From assembly GCA_944391475.1 (NCBI GenBank), contig CALXTR010000004.1, positions 25,807 to 89,806 of the forward strand: a stretch of 64,000 nucleotides of DNA, written 5' to 3'. The DNA is from an uncultured Alphaproteobacteria bacterium. Its GTDB lineage: Bacteria; Pseudomonadota; Alphaproteobacteria; RF32; CAG-239. The position numbers were made by a program, and so were the translations under genes. The notes beneath the pieces were generated by a model. That model did no database searches, was not told the origin of the DNA, and worked only from the letters and a program-made list of their open reading frames with translations. Numbering within the stretch: the stretch's first letter is position 1; the number at the start of each line of letters is the position of its first letter. Of the stretch, positions 30,417 through 40,040 are shown one piece after another.

Positions 30417-31568
30417 ATGGCTAACTTACAAGCAAAATCTCCGGTGGTGTTACAAGTTTTGCCGGAGCTTGATACTGGCGGGGTTGAACGCGGAACTATC
30501 GAAATTGCGACCGAACTCCAAAAACGCGGCATCAAAAATTTTGTAGCCTCCCAAGGCGGACGTTTGGTGCATGAGCTAGACAAGCTCAAAATCCCTCACC
30601 TCACCTTGCCGCTTAAAACTAAAAATATTTTCAAAATGCGCAAGAACGCCAAACTCTTGGAAGATTTTATTCGCAAAAATAACATCAACATTGTTCATGC
30701 GCGTTCCAGAGCTCCGGCTTGGAGTGCTTATTGGACGGCTAAAAAAGCTAATGTGCATTTTATGACCACTTTTCACGGTACTTATGGGCTAGGACCTTGG
30801 GGTATCAAAAAAATTTATAACAAAGTCATGACCTTTGGAGAACGTGTGATTGCGATTTCTAACCACATCAAAAACCACATGCTCAAAAACTACAAAGTTG
30901 ATGAAAGTAAAATCCGCCTAATCCATCGCTGTGCCGATGTGGAGATTTTTTCGCCTAAGGCAGTGACGCAGGCGCGGATGATTGGCAAACTCCGCGAATA
31001 TAAAATCCGCGAGGACAAGCCGGTTATCTTGCTTCCCGGTCGAGTAACCCGTTGGAAAGGTCAGCATATCCTCATTGAGGCTCTGCACCTGATGAAAAAC
31101 CAAAACTACTACTGCATTATTGCCGGCGACAGCCAAGGACGGCAAAAATATGTTGACTACCTTGAAAGGTTAGTCAGTAAGTATAAACTAAAAGGTAAAG
31201 TCGGCTTCTTTGGACGCTATAGCGATGCTCCGGCTTTGATGATGGTGTCAAATGTGGTCTTGTCTACCGCAATTGAGCCAGAGGCTTTTGGGCGGATTTC
31301 GATTGAGGGGCAAGCTATGGGCAAAATCGTAGTGGCATCAAATATTGGTGGCTCGGTCGAAACCATTATTGACGGAGTGACCGGTAAGCTTTATCAATAT
31401 GACAATCCGCAAGAACTTGCCAATGCGTTAGACTGGGCTTTGGGGCTATCTGAAGAAGAAGTTGGCAAAATCTCGAAAGCGGCGATAAAAAATGTAAAAG
31501 AAAACTTCACAAAACAAATAATGTGTGATAAGACTATTGAGGTTTATGAGGAGCTTGTAAACTCTTAA
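30417..31568 (+). CDS. Glycosyltransferase family 4 (GT-B, group 1)
   Basis: A GT4 N-terminal domain with a C-terminal EX7E-like region. The N-terminus reads LPELDTGGVERGTIEIATEL. Confidence 0.6.
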   Translation: MANLQAKSPVVLQVLPELDTGGVERGTIEIATELQKRGIKNFVASQGGRLVHELDKLKIPHLTLPLKTKNIFKMRKNAKLLEDFIRKNNINIVHARSRAPAWSAYWTAKKANVHFMTTFHGTYGLGPWGIKKIYNKVMTFGERVIAISNHIKNHMLKNYKVDESKIRLIHRCADVEIFSPKAVTQARMIGKLREYKIREDKPVILLPGRVTRWKGQHILIEALHLMKNQNYYCIIAGDSQGRQKYVDYLERLVSKYKLKGKVGFFGRYSDAPALMMVSNVVLSTAIEPEAFGRISIEGQAMGKIVVASNIGGSVETIIDGVTGKLYQYDNPQELANALDWALGLSEEEVGKISKAAIKNVKENFTKQIMCDKTIEVYEELVNS

Positions 31569-31680
31569 GTAAGCCAAAAGTTTCTGCCGAAAAGCTGTTG
31601 CGGCGGAAGGCGGCATAGGTATTTGTCGCCAATTAACAGTAAAAACAGCATGTTAGATAAATTTAATAAGGAAATTTAAA

Positions 31681-33612
31681 ATGGTTGCGATTAAATTACC
31701 CGATGGGTCAATTATGAATATGGAGAGCGGCGTCAGCGGTTTTGACGTTGCTGAAAAAATTAGTGCAAACTTAGCAAAAGCGGCTTTGGCTATCACCGTG
31801 AACGGCAAGACACAAGATTTGAGCACTCCTATCACTACCGACGCAACCGTAACTATCATTACCGGTAAAGACAAGGAAGGTCTCCAAATCATTCGTCACA
31901 GCTGTTCTCACGTAATGGCGCAAGCTGTCAAAGAACTGTGGCCTGATGTTCAAGTTACTATCGGGCCGGCTATTGATAACGGCTTTTACTATGACTTTGC
32001 TCGCAAAGAGCCCTTCAACACCGATGATTTTGCGAAAATCGAAGCTAAAATGCACGAGATTGTCAAACGCGACGAAAAGCTGGAACGTATCGTGATGCCG
32101 AGAAACGAAGCAATTGCTTATTTCAAAAATTTGGGCGAGCACTACAAAGCCGAAATTATTGAAGATTTGCCCGAAGATGAAGTGATTTCGCTTTATCGCC
32201 AAGGCAGCTTTACCGATCTTTGCCGCGGTCCGCACGTGCCCTCAACCGGAAAAATCGGCGATGCTTTCAAACTGATGAAGGTGGCAGGTGCATATTGGCG
32301 CGGCGACTCGACTAAAGAAATGTTGCAGCGTATTTATGCAACTGCTTGGGCAAACAAAAAAGATTTAGACGAATATCTCAAAATGCTTGAAGAAGCCGAA
32401 AAACGCGATCACCGCAAACTCGGCAAAGAAATGGATTTGTTCCATTTTGAACCAGAATATGCTCCGGGAGCGGTTTTCTGGCATGACAAAGGATACAAAA
32501 TCTATCGCAAGCTGATTGAGTATATGCGCAAACGCCAGGAAAATAACGGTTATATTGAAGTGGCAACTCCGCGGATTATGGATCGCTGTTTGTGGGAGAC
32601 TTCCGGTCACTGGGATAAATATGGTGCTCACAACTATTCGGGCAAAACCGAAGATAACAAAATGTTCTGCGTAAAACCAATGAACTGCCCAGGTGGTTTG
32701 TTGGTCTACAAGCAAGGTGTTAAATCTTATCGTGATTTGCCGCTCAGAATGGCCGAATTTGGTATGGTTAACCGCTATGAAGCCTCGGGTTCGTTAATGG
32801 GTTTGATGCGGGTGCGCGAATTTACTCAAGATGATGCTCACATCTTCTGCACTCCTGAGCAAATGGAAGAAGAATGCGTATCTACCATTAAGCTTATCTT
32901 GGATATTTACAAAGATTTTGGCTTTGATGATGTCAAAATCTATCTCTCAACCCGTCCGGACAGCATTTATCGTATTGGCTCAGACGAGATTTGGGATATG
33001 TCCGAAAAAGCTTTGGCCAATGCCTTGGAGCACAATGGTTATAAATATGAAATCAACCCCGGCGAAGGTGCATTCTATGGTCCGAAGCTTGAATTTATTC
33101 TCAAAGATGCTATCGGACGTGAATGGCAGTGTGGTACGGTTCAGATGGATATGAACTTGCCGCAGCGCTTTGATATCTCCTACATTGGCGAAGACGGCGA
33201 AAAGCATCAGCCGGTGATGTTGCACCGTGCATTGTTTGGCTCGATTGAGCGTTTCTTGGGCATTTTGATTGAAAATCATGCCGGCAAACTGCCTCTGTGG
33301 CTCTCTCCGGAACAGGTTGTTGTATGCCCGGTTACCAATGATTTTGATGATTATGCTCAAAGCGTGGCCAAAGCATTGAAGACTGCCGGATTGTATGTTG
33401 ACACAGATTTACGCAACGAAAAAATCACTTACAAAATTCGTGAACATTCGGTAGCAAAAGTTCCGGTCATTGCCGTGGTTGGTGCCAAAGAGAAAGAAAA
33501 CGGCACGGTAACTATCCGTCGCATTGGTTCGGACAAACAAGAAGTGTTGAAGCTAGAAGACCTTGTAAGAATTTTGCAAGAAGAAGCTAAAATGCCTTCT
33601 CAAGATCGCTAA
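31681..33612 (+). CDS. thrS: Threonyl-tRNA synthetase
   Basis: A TGS domain, a second additional domain, a class II catalytic core (RMAEFGMVNRYEASG...REFTQDDAHIF) and an anticodon-binding domain. Confidence 0.95.
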   Translation: MVAIKLPDGSIMNMESGVSGFDVAEKISANLAKAALAITVNGKTQDLSTPITTDATVTIITGKDKEGLQIIRHSCSHVMAQAVKELWPDVQVTIGPAIDNGFYYDFARKEPFNTDDFAKIEAKMHEIVKRDEKLERIVMPRNEAIAYFKNLGEHYKAEIIEDLPEDEVISLYRQGSFTDLCRGPHVPSTGKIGDAFKLMKVAGAYWRGDSTKEMLQRIYATAWANKKDLDEYLKMLEEAEKRDHRKLGKEMDLFHFEPEYAPGAVFWHDKGYKIYRKLIEYMRKRQENNGYIEVATPRIMDRCLWETSGHWDKYGAHNYSGKTEDNKMFCVKPMNCPGGLLVYKQGVKSYRDLPLRMAEFGMVNRYEASGSLMGLMRVREFTQDDAHIFCTPEQMEEECVSTIKLILDIYKDFGFDDVKIYLSTRPDSIYRIGSDEIWDMSEKALANALEHNGYKYEINPGEGAFYGPKLEFILKDAIGREWQCGTVQMDMNLPQRFDISYIGEDGEKHQPVMLHRALFGSIERFLGILIENHAGKLPLWLSPEQVVVCPVTNDFDDYAQSVAKALKTAGLYVDTDLRNEKITYKIREHSVAKVPVIAVVGAKEKENGTVTIRRIGSDKQEVLKLEDLVRILQEEAKMPSQDR

Positions 33613-33637
33613 CTTACTAATACTACTAAATTATTTC

Positions 33638-33669
33638 AGCCCTTTCTGTGATAGAAAGGGCTTTTTTTA
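33638..33669 (+). terminator. Rho-independent terminator after thrS
   Basis: The hairpin AGCCCTTTCTGTGATAGAAAGGGCT is followed by TTTTTTT. Confidence 0.75.
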
Positions 33670-33935
33670 TAGGCTTAATTGGGAAGAGTTTTTTCAATTG
33701 AATCCGACTCGCGATTATAGCTTATTTAAGCCTATTGATGATGACAAGATTAAGAATTTTAACCCTTTCTTCATATTTGGGCTATATAATTGAAATAGCG
33801 ATAAAAGGTTTTGAAACGAGATAAAAAAGCTTGCGAAGCAGGCAATTTTGTGTTATGATAAATCTTGTATTGTTAGTAAAACAATCACATGTTTTAACGT
33901 GAAACACTATGTGATCCTAGTATTGGAGAAAAACA

Positions 33936-35054
33936 ATGGCAGATATTTCATTAACAGCAAGTATGCGTTCAAACTTGCTTTCCTTGCAGCAGACACAGTC
34001 GCTGATGGATACTACTCAAGAACGCCTTTCTACAGGTAAGAAAGTTAACTCAGCTATTGACAACCCGTCATCTTACTACGCAGCACAGTCTTTGACTAAC
34101 CGTGCGAGCGACTTGAGCGCTTTGCTTGATAGCATGGGCCAAGCCATTCAAACCATTCAGGCTGCCGATGAAGGTATTAAGACCATCACCGAGTTTGCTG
34201 AACAAGCCAAAGCTGTGGCTAACTCCGCTCGTGACGAAGCTGTTGACATGAGTGACATTTCAGTTGCGCTTGATATTAAAGCTCAAGCGGCAGCAGCAAG
34301 TACTCTTAAGATTGATATTACTAAAGCAGATGGAACTGCTGGTACCTCAACAACGGTATCAATTGCACAAAATACCACTGCTGAAGAAGCCAAAGCACAA
34401 ATTCTGGAAGAATTGAATGCTGATGGCACTGGCGTTAAAGCCTCTTTTGATAAAGATGGTAAATTGGTTATTACAGCTCAAGATGGTGCTACTGCCAAAT
34501 TGACAGGCACAGGAGACTACAATGCCGCTACCGGCACTTCTGCACCGCAAGTAAACGAGTCACGTCAAAAATTAGCCGCTCAATTTGACAGCATTTTGGC
34601 TCAGATTGATAAAGTTGCTAATGACTCTAGCTACAAAGGTGTTAACTTGTTGCAAGGTAATGACCTTAAAGTAGTGTTCAACGAAGACCGTTCTTCTGAC
34701 TTGGTTATTGAAGGTAAGGACGCTTCTTCTGCCGGCTTGAAGATTGCCGCTTCTGCTAATGATTGGAAGACCAATGCTGACGTTGATGCCGCAATCACTC
34801 AGATTGAAGATGCAATTAAAGAATTGCGTACTATGTCATCTGAGTTTGGTAACAACTACTCAATCGTTCAAAGCCGCGAAACCTTTACCGAAAACTTGAT
34901 TAACGTTTTGGAAGAAGGTTCAGATAAATTGACCTTGGCTGATATGAACGAAGAATCAGCAAATATGTTGGCTCTTCAAACCAGACAGCAGTTGGCTATT
35001 AACTCCTTGAGTTTGGCTTCTCAGGCTGCTCAATCAGTATTGAAACTGTTCTAA
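33936..35054 (+). CDS. Flagellin (372 aa)
   Basis: The conserved flagellin N-terminus (MADISLTASMRSNLLSLQQTQ...STGKKVNSAIDNPSSYYAAQSL) and C-terminus (NMLALQTRQQLAINSLSLASQAAQSVLKLF) are present. The RBS is GGAGA. Confidence 0.9.
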   Translation: MADISLTASMRSNLLSLQQTQSLMDTTQERLSTGKKVNSAIDNPSSYYAAQSLTNRASDLSALLDSMGQAIQTIQAADEGIKTITEFAEQAKAVANSARDEAVDMSDISVALDIKAQAAAASTLKIDITKADGTAGTSTTVSIAQNTTAEEAKAQILEELNADGTGVKASFDKDGKLVITAQDGATAKLTGTGDYNAATGTSAPQVNESRQKLAAQFDSILAQIDKVANDSSYKGVNLLQGNDLKVVFNEDRSSDLVIEGKDASSAGLKIAASANDWKTNADVDAAITQIEDAIKELRTMSSEFGNNYSIVQSRETFTENLINVLEEGSDKLTLADMNEESANMLALQTRQQLAINSLSLASQAAQSVLKLF

Positions 35055-35072
35055 TTGCAGTTTTATTAAAGA

Positions 35073-35104
35073 AAATCCCCAAGATAAAAACTTGGGGATT
35101 TTTG
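35073..35104 (+). terminator. Rho-independent terminator after flagellin 1 (duplicated at 35526..35557)
   Basis: The hairpin AAATCCCCAAGATAAAAACTTGGGGATTT is followed by a T-run. Confidence 0.7.
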
Positions 35105-35118
35105 TTGTCTATCGCTCG

Positions 35119-35397
35119 TCACTTAGTACTACAGAGCGCATAAAGATCAGACACCTTGTGAACTTCATTTAACTCATCGTCGCCGATACTAACATTAAAC
35201 TCATCTTCCAAATCCATAACTATTTCGACCACATTCAAAGAATCTGCTCCGAGGTCATCATGTAAATCAGCATTGTCGGACACATAGTCTGGGGAAAGCG
35301 ATAATTTGTTTGCTACCACATTTTTGATTGTTTGTATCATCTGAGGATCATAACTTGGGGTAGCAGCCTTTTGTTTGTTAAATAATTTGATATTCAT
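35119..35397 (-). CDS. Acyl carrier protein-like (specialised ACP, copy 1)
   Basis: 92 aa. DLGADSLNVVEIVMDLEDEFNVSI contains the DSL phosphopantetheine attachment motif and the helix II signature. Confidence 0.75.
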   Translation of the reverse strand: MNIKLFNKQKAATPSYDPQMIQTIKNVVANKLSLSPDYVSDNADLHDDLGADSLNVVEIVMDLEDEFNVSIGDDELNEVHKVSDLYALCSTK

Positions 35398-35424
35398 AAT
35401 CTGAAAATTTTAATTAATAATTTT

Positions 35425-35442
35425 AACATTCGGCCGAATGTT
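35425..35442. promoter_or_regulatory. 18-bp perfect palindrome AACATTCGGCCGAATGTT upstream of the ACP gene (second copy at 35878..35895)
   Basis: A perfect inverted repeat about 30 nt upstream of each ACP start codon. It is a candidate operator site. Confidence 0.45.
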
Positions 35443-35571
35443 AGAATTTAGAGATGATTTTGTCAAGCAATATCATCGGCGCTCAATCAGTATTGAAACT
35501 GTTCTAATTGCAGTTTTATTAAAGAAAATCCCCAAGCTAAAAACTTGGGGATTTTTGCGGTCTATCGCTCG

Positions 35572-35850
35572 TCACTTAGCACTACAGAGCGCATAAAGAT
35601 CAGACACCTTGTGAACTTCATTTAACTCATCGTCGCCGATACTAACATTAAACTCATCTTCCAAATCCATAACTATTTCGACCACATTCAAAGAATCTGC
35701 TCCGAGGTCATCATGTAAATCAGCATTGTCGGACACATAGTCTGGGGAAAGCGATAATTTGTTTGCTACCACATTTTTGATTGTTTGTATCATCTGAGGA
35801 TCATAACTTGGGGTAGCAGCCTTTTGTTTGTTAAATAATTTGATATTCAT
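35572..35850 (-). CDS. Acyl carrier protein-like (specialised ACP, copy 2)
   Basis: Differs from copy 1 only at the penultimate residue (A instead of T). It lies within a 453-bp tandem duplication. Confidence 0.75.
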   Translation of the reverse strand: MNIKLFNKQKAATPSYDPQMIQTIKNVVANKLSLSPDYVSDNADLHDDLGADSLNVVEIVMDLEDEFNVSIGDDELNEVHKVSDLYALCSAK

Positions 35851-35936
35851 AATCTGAAAATTTTAATTAATAATTTTAACATTCGGCCGAATGTTAGAAT
35901 TTAGAGATGATTTTGTCAAGCAATATCATCGGCGCT

Positions 35937-36411
35937 CAATCAGCCTACACAACCATTAAAAAAAGCCTCCCTTGGGGGAGGCTTATAATTTGGAAGGGAC
36001 GGGATTTTCCAGCTCGGTTTGTAACACTCGCTTGCCACGCTTTCGCGGGCTCGCTCTTTAACAAACTTTCGCCTGTCGTTATAAAAAGCTCCACCGGAGC
36101 TTTTTATCGCCTCCAGCCACCGAACACGAGAGCTCGTGTCGGTGTTCAATCGGCCTACACAACCATTAAAAAAAGCCTCCCTTGGGGGAGGCTTATAATT
36201 TGGAAGGGACGGGATTTTCCAGCTCGGTTTGTAACACTCGCTTGCCACGCTTTCGCGGGCTCGCTCTTTAACAAACTTTCGCCTGTCGTTATAAAAAGCT
36301 CCACCGGAGCTTTTTATCGCCTCCAGCCACCGAACACGAGAGCTCGTGTCGGTGTTCAATCGGCCTACACAACCATTAAAAAAAGCCTCCCTTGGGGGAG
36401 GCTTTTTTTAA
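35937..36411. repeat. Tandem direct repeats with a 210-bp period (2 full copies and a partial third) abutting tRNA-Phe
   Basis: Units begin at 35937, 36147 and 36357. Each carries a terminator-like hairpin (GCCTCCCTTGGGGGAGGC) and fragments resembling the tRNA-Phe 3' half (GGGACGGGAT, CCACCGAACACGAG). Confidence 0.8.
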
Positions 36412-36487
<76 letters not shown>

Positions 36488-36572
36488 ATTATCTGTCGGT
36501 CAGCAATGAATTGTCTTATAATGTATATTTTTTATATTGTCCAGAAAAAAATTTGCATTTAGTGCAAAAAAT

Positions 36573-38708
36573 TTAGTTCCGCCCCGGCACATTTTTGGCC
36601 AACAATTCATAATTTATCGATTTATCAAACTCTTGACCTTCATGATTGGTTTTATACAAATTGTAACGGAAATAAATTGATGACTGCTCTTTTAGCAACT
36701 CTGCCGAATTATTCACATTATCCATAAGCTGCTCGGTGTAGTTATAATAAGTTTGGTAACTATTGAGATTGATGGATATATCCTCAGCAATTGGACTGTT
36801 TATCTCTTGGGTATGTTGCAAAATGGCTGCTTCGGTAAAATCATCCGTGGCCTTGAAAATACTGCTCATGGCTTGCTCCGGAAAAGCACCCAGTGCAGCT
36901 ATATCTTCAACTTCATCAAACAAATTGCTGTCGGCATCATTAAAGTTATCATCACCCAAATAGCCAGGAACCAAATATGAATTGCAGACACCTCGCTCCA
37001 ACTCGTGGGCTAACTTATTAATGCCATATTTTTCAAGTTCAGGATATGCTGAAGCAATTACATCTAGGTTATTGGAGAACTTATTAAACTGCGCTTGGTG
37101 CAATTGTGACATACTTTGCAGTGAAGCTTCCAAAGTTTCTCGCTCTTTGCTTATCATTAACCGTTGGATAGCCATGTTGGCATGATAATAGAGCTCAACT
37201 GCTCCAAATTTTTCTAAACTATCCGGCAATGCCTCAATTTGTTGATATAAGTTATTGCTGGGTTCAATGAATTTGGTAGTCGTGATAATTTGGTTTATCT
37301 CTTGATAATGAGATGAAAACGAGGTCCAAAATGGAGCCAGCACATTAAAGTTATCTGCGGTGAGCGAATCTGCATATGACATTTCTGCCAACAATTTGCG
37401 GTCCAACTTGCTATCAGTGAGCTTTTTACCTAAATATTTTTCGCTGTGTTCGGAAAAAATCATCATCTCTTTAGTGAAATCGAGTAAATTGCGCGCAACC
37501 AGACTATTTATCGGGCGATTATCTGTTATAGATAAAACCTTGAATAGCTGATTTAGCTCAAAATTTACTAATGGAACCTGTCCTTTGTCAGGGTAAAAAT
37601 CTGATGCCAAAGCATTTCCTAGAAGATCTCTGAGCCCCTCAAACAGCTCGCTGCCTTCTACAATGGTGCGCGATTTTTCATATTGCTGCCATTTATCTTG
37701 CTGAAATTGGTCTTTGGTATGTTGTTGGAGTTCAAGCTTTTGAAGCTCGCCATCTGATGCATAATCCTTGGGCAGCTGAATCGGCTTGGATAATGATAAA
37801 TCGACCGGAGAAATGCGAATTGGAGCTTCCCATTGGTGAGCTAATTTCTGACGGAAAATTTGCAAACGCAATTCTTCTGCGCTCAAAACTGCAGAATCGT
37901 TTGCATGCTGGAGTAGGGTTAAGTGATGGCGATTTTCCATGACTTCGGCAATAACCCCATGGTCAGATACTATAATTTTACTTAAAGCTGAGGTTGACTG
38001 ATATACTATCTTATACATTTGCTCAGGCGTCACAACATTTTCATAGCCCTTAATGCGTGATAAGATTTGTTCGGTTAAATCTTGGCGGTTGGGGTCCAGT
38101 CCATTTTCCACATACCGAATACAATTGTCATATAAGATGCCGTTAAGCGCCTCAATGTTATCCAACAAATTGCGCTTGTTGCTAAAAAATATTGCAATAC
38201 TTTGCCCTAAATCGCGGTCATCTATTTGCTCATAGAGCTCTGCTTTGCGTTGGGTAGCGACCGTGTCTAAATAGGCATCGGCAATGTTGCTTAAAAACAT
38301 AGCCCAACTCGTGGCATGCTTCTTGTCCTCCTCTGCGGGAAGATTTTGAGCCCAATCAAACAATTGGTGTATCGGAGCCGCTAGAGAATAACCACTTTCA
38401 CTTATGGGAGATACATCAGCAAACTTACGATCATCTAAAACATGACCATGAAGGCTTATGGACAACAAATATGCGGCTTCGGCCCTATCGTTGGCGTCTA
38501 TCGGTTCAACCTTGTGCCCATAAAAAACTTCTAGCTCTGTAGCATAGGCCTTTAGCATCGGATAAAAACCGGCAATAATTTCGCGGTCTGCAAAATATTT
38601 GGCTTGCTCTTGATCGTGAATGTTATTGGCTAAAAAATACTCCTCCAGCAAATCCGGAATGGAGACCAGAAGCTGCATATATTCTTGTTGATGTTGTATA
38701 TCTGTCAT
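36573..38708 (-). CDS. Large hypothetical protein (711 aa), no recognisable domain
   Basis: A long ORF with an ATG start, 71 nt downstream of flgE2 with no intervening terminator. It has no signal peptide or transmembrane segment, and an acidic composition. Confidence 0.55.
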   Translation of the reverse strand: MTDIQHQQEYMQLLVSIPDLLEEYFLANNIHDQEQAKYFADREIIAGFYPMLKAYATELEVFYGHKVEPIDANDRAEAAYLLSISLHGHVLDDRKFADVSPISESGYSLAAPIHQLFDWAQNLPAEEDKKHATSWAMFLSNIADAYLDTVATQRKAELYEQIDDRDLGQSIAIFFSNKRNLLDNIEALNGILYDNCIRYVENGLDPNRQDLTEQILSRIKGYENVVTPEQMYKIVYQSTSALSKIIVSDHGVIAEVMENRHHLTLLQHANDSAVLSAEELRLQIFRQKLAHQWEAPIRISPVDLSLSKPIQLPKDYASDGELQKLELQQHTKDQFQQDKWQQYEKSRTIVEGSELFEGLRDLLGNALASDFYPDKGQVPLVNFELNQLFKVLSITDNRPINSLVARNLLDFTKEMMIFSEHSEKYLGKKLTDSKLDRKLLAEMSYADSLTADNFNVLAPFWTSFSSHYQEINQIITTTKFIEPSNNLYQQIEALPDSLEKFGAVELYYHANMAIQRLMISKERETLEASLQSMSQLHQAQFNKFSNNLDVIASAYPELEKYGINKLAHELERGVCNSYLVPGYLGDDNFNDADSNLFDEVEDIAALGAFPEQAMSSIFKATDDFTEAAILQHTQEINSPIAEDISINLNSYQTYYNYTEQLMDNVNNSAELLKEQSSIYFRYNLYKTNHEGQEFDKSINYELLAKNVPGRN

Positions 38709-38779
38709 AAACTCGCTCTCCGTATTTATGTCAAAATATACACAAAATTCGTAATTTTGTCAACTAAGATATTTGAAAA

Positions 38780-39985
38780 TTATGTCTTTAAGTTAACGAG
38801 CTCTTGAAGCATCTCATCACTGGTGGTAAAAGCTGTCGCATTCAAGGAATATGCACGCTGCACAATCATCATAGTGCTAAACTCCTCCTCAACATTGGCT
38901 GTAGAGGATTCCAAGGCTTGTGATTGTATCAGCCCAGAGGTTTCAAGATACGTGCTTTCTCCGGCATCGGGATAGGCCTCAAACAAGGTGCCAGAAACCG
39001 GATACAAATTGTTAGGAGCACTAAAACCTACCAATGCCAGCTTAGCATTATTAAATGTTTTTCCATTACTATAAACTGCTTGAACAACTCCGTTTTCATC
39101 AATCCAGCTTTTGCTAAAGCGGCCACTTTGCATACCATCTTGGGTAACGTTAGTTAACTCGTTGCTACCGGTATACTGGGTCATATTGCTGATATCAATA
39201 TTGACGGTTTGAGACATTCCATCTTCCCATGCAATATTTATATCAATGTTTTTGGGAGAAACCAGCTGACCATTAGCATCGAAAAGCACTTCTACTGGCT
39301 CGGATGTAGTTACGGTTCCGTCTTCAATTACAAAAGAAACATCCCAAATGTTGTTTTGGCCTTCTACCTTATCAAATTTCATATTCATGGTGCGACCGTC
39401 ATACTGCTCACCATAAATGGTAAGAGCATAGCTGCTGGAAGTTTCATCAGCAGGAACATTGGCCGTGATGCTCATTTCACTGGTTGGTGTGGGAGGAATG
39501 GTTTCCGGACTGATAATTTCAATATCTTCCGGATTGCTGCCAAAACCACCGCCTTCCAAAGCCGGAAAGCCCTGAACGCGGAGACCGCCTGAGGTGATGA
39601 GGTAAGTTTTGCCGTCCACGGTTCTGGTTTCAAAATCGCCGGCACGGGTATAATAAACATCTTCACCATCTTTAACCATAAAAAATGCATTACCGGTACC
39701 ATTAATGGCAACATCGTAGTTGCCGCCGGTGGAGGTGACAACACCTTGCATATCTATGAGGTTGCGATTATAGTACCCAACCCCGTCTATATCCGTGTGT
39801 GAAGAAGATAGCCCTGACTGGTTGCCTTTGACAATTGGCTGACTACCGAGCAAAGTATAAAACATGGTTTCGCTGACCTTATAACCGGTAGTGCGAATAT
39901 TGGCAATATTGGTCGAAACCGTTTCCAAAGCCTGAGACTGCGCGCTCATGCCGGTACAAGAGGGAGTGAATATACTTAGAGCCAT
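38780..39985 (-). CDS. flgE: Flagellar hook protein FlgE paralogue (401 aa)
   Basis: The N-terminal rod/hook motif (STNIANIRTTGYK) and the C-terminal motif (MIVQRAYSLNATAFTTSDEMLQELVNL) are present. The RBS is GGAGAG. Confidence 0.8.
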   Translation of the reverse strand: MALSIFTPSCTGMSAQSQALETVSTNIANIRTTGYKVSETMFYTLLGSQPIVKGNQSGLSSSHTDIDGVGYYNRNLIDMQGVVTSTGGNYDVAINGTGNAFFMVKDGEDVYYTRAGDFETRTVDGKTYLITSGGLRVQGFPALEGGGFGSNPEDIEIISPETIPPTPTSEMSITANVPADETSSSYALTIYGEQYDGRTMNMKFDKVEGQNNIWDVSFVIEDGTVTTSEPVEVLFDANGQLVSPKNIDINIAWEDGMSQTVNIDISNMTQYTGSNELTNVTQDGMQSGRFSKSWIDENGVVQAVYSNGKTFNNAKLALVGFSAPNNLYPVSGTLFEAYPDAGESTYLETSGLIQSQALESSTANVEEEFSTMMIVQRAYSLNATAFTTSDEMLQELVNLKT

Positions 39986-40024
39986 AGCTACTCTCCATAA
40001 AAAAATTTACTTGCAGTTTTACAT

Positions 40025-40040
40025 GCAAAATGTATGCCAA
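40025..40040 (-). promoter_or_regulatory. Sigma-54 promoter upstream of the flgE paralogue
   Basis: The minus strand reads TGGCATACATTTTGCAT (TGGCAT-N5-TTGCA). It lies about 40 nt upstream of the ATG. Confidence 0.65.

Larger units (their letters stand above)
35014..35919. repeat. Two-copy tandem direct duplication with a 453-bp period, at about 99% identity
   Basis: Each unit carries the flagellin 3' end, its terminator, an ACP gene and the palindromic upstream region. Only about 4 substitutions separate the copies. Confidence 0.85.

Noticed and set aside
33700-33935. Sigma-54 or sigma-28 promoter upstream of the flagellin genes (also 51135..51246)
   Set aside because: Only a weak TGGGCT-N5-ATTGA was found, lacking the -12 GC, and there is no TAAA-N15-GCCGATAA. 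No promoter call was made.
35014-36411. Possibility that the tandem repeats form a CRISPR array
   Set aside because: The units are 453 and 210 bp with no short repeat-spacer periodicity, and no cas genes are nearby.
36573-38708. Idea that the 711-aa ORF is a divergent FlgK
   Set aside because: It lacks the conserved N-terminal rod/hook motif (ANxxTxGY) and the C-terminal flg_bbr motif present in FlgK.
40011-40030. Inverted repeat TTGCA-N9-TGCAA at the flgE2 promoter
   Set aside because: The right half is simply the -12 element of the sigma-54 promoter, and the symmetry may be incidental.
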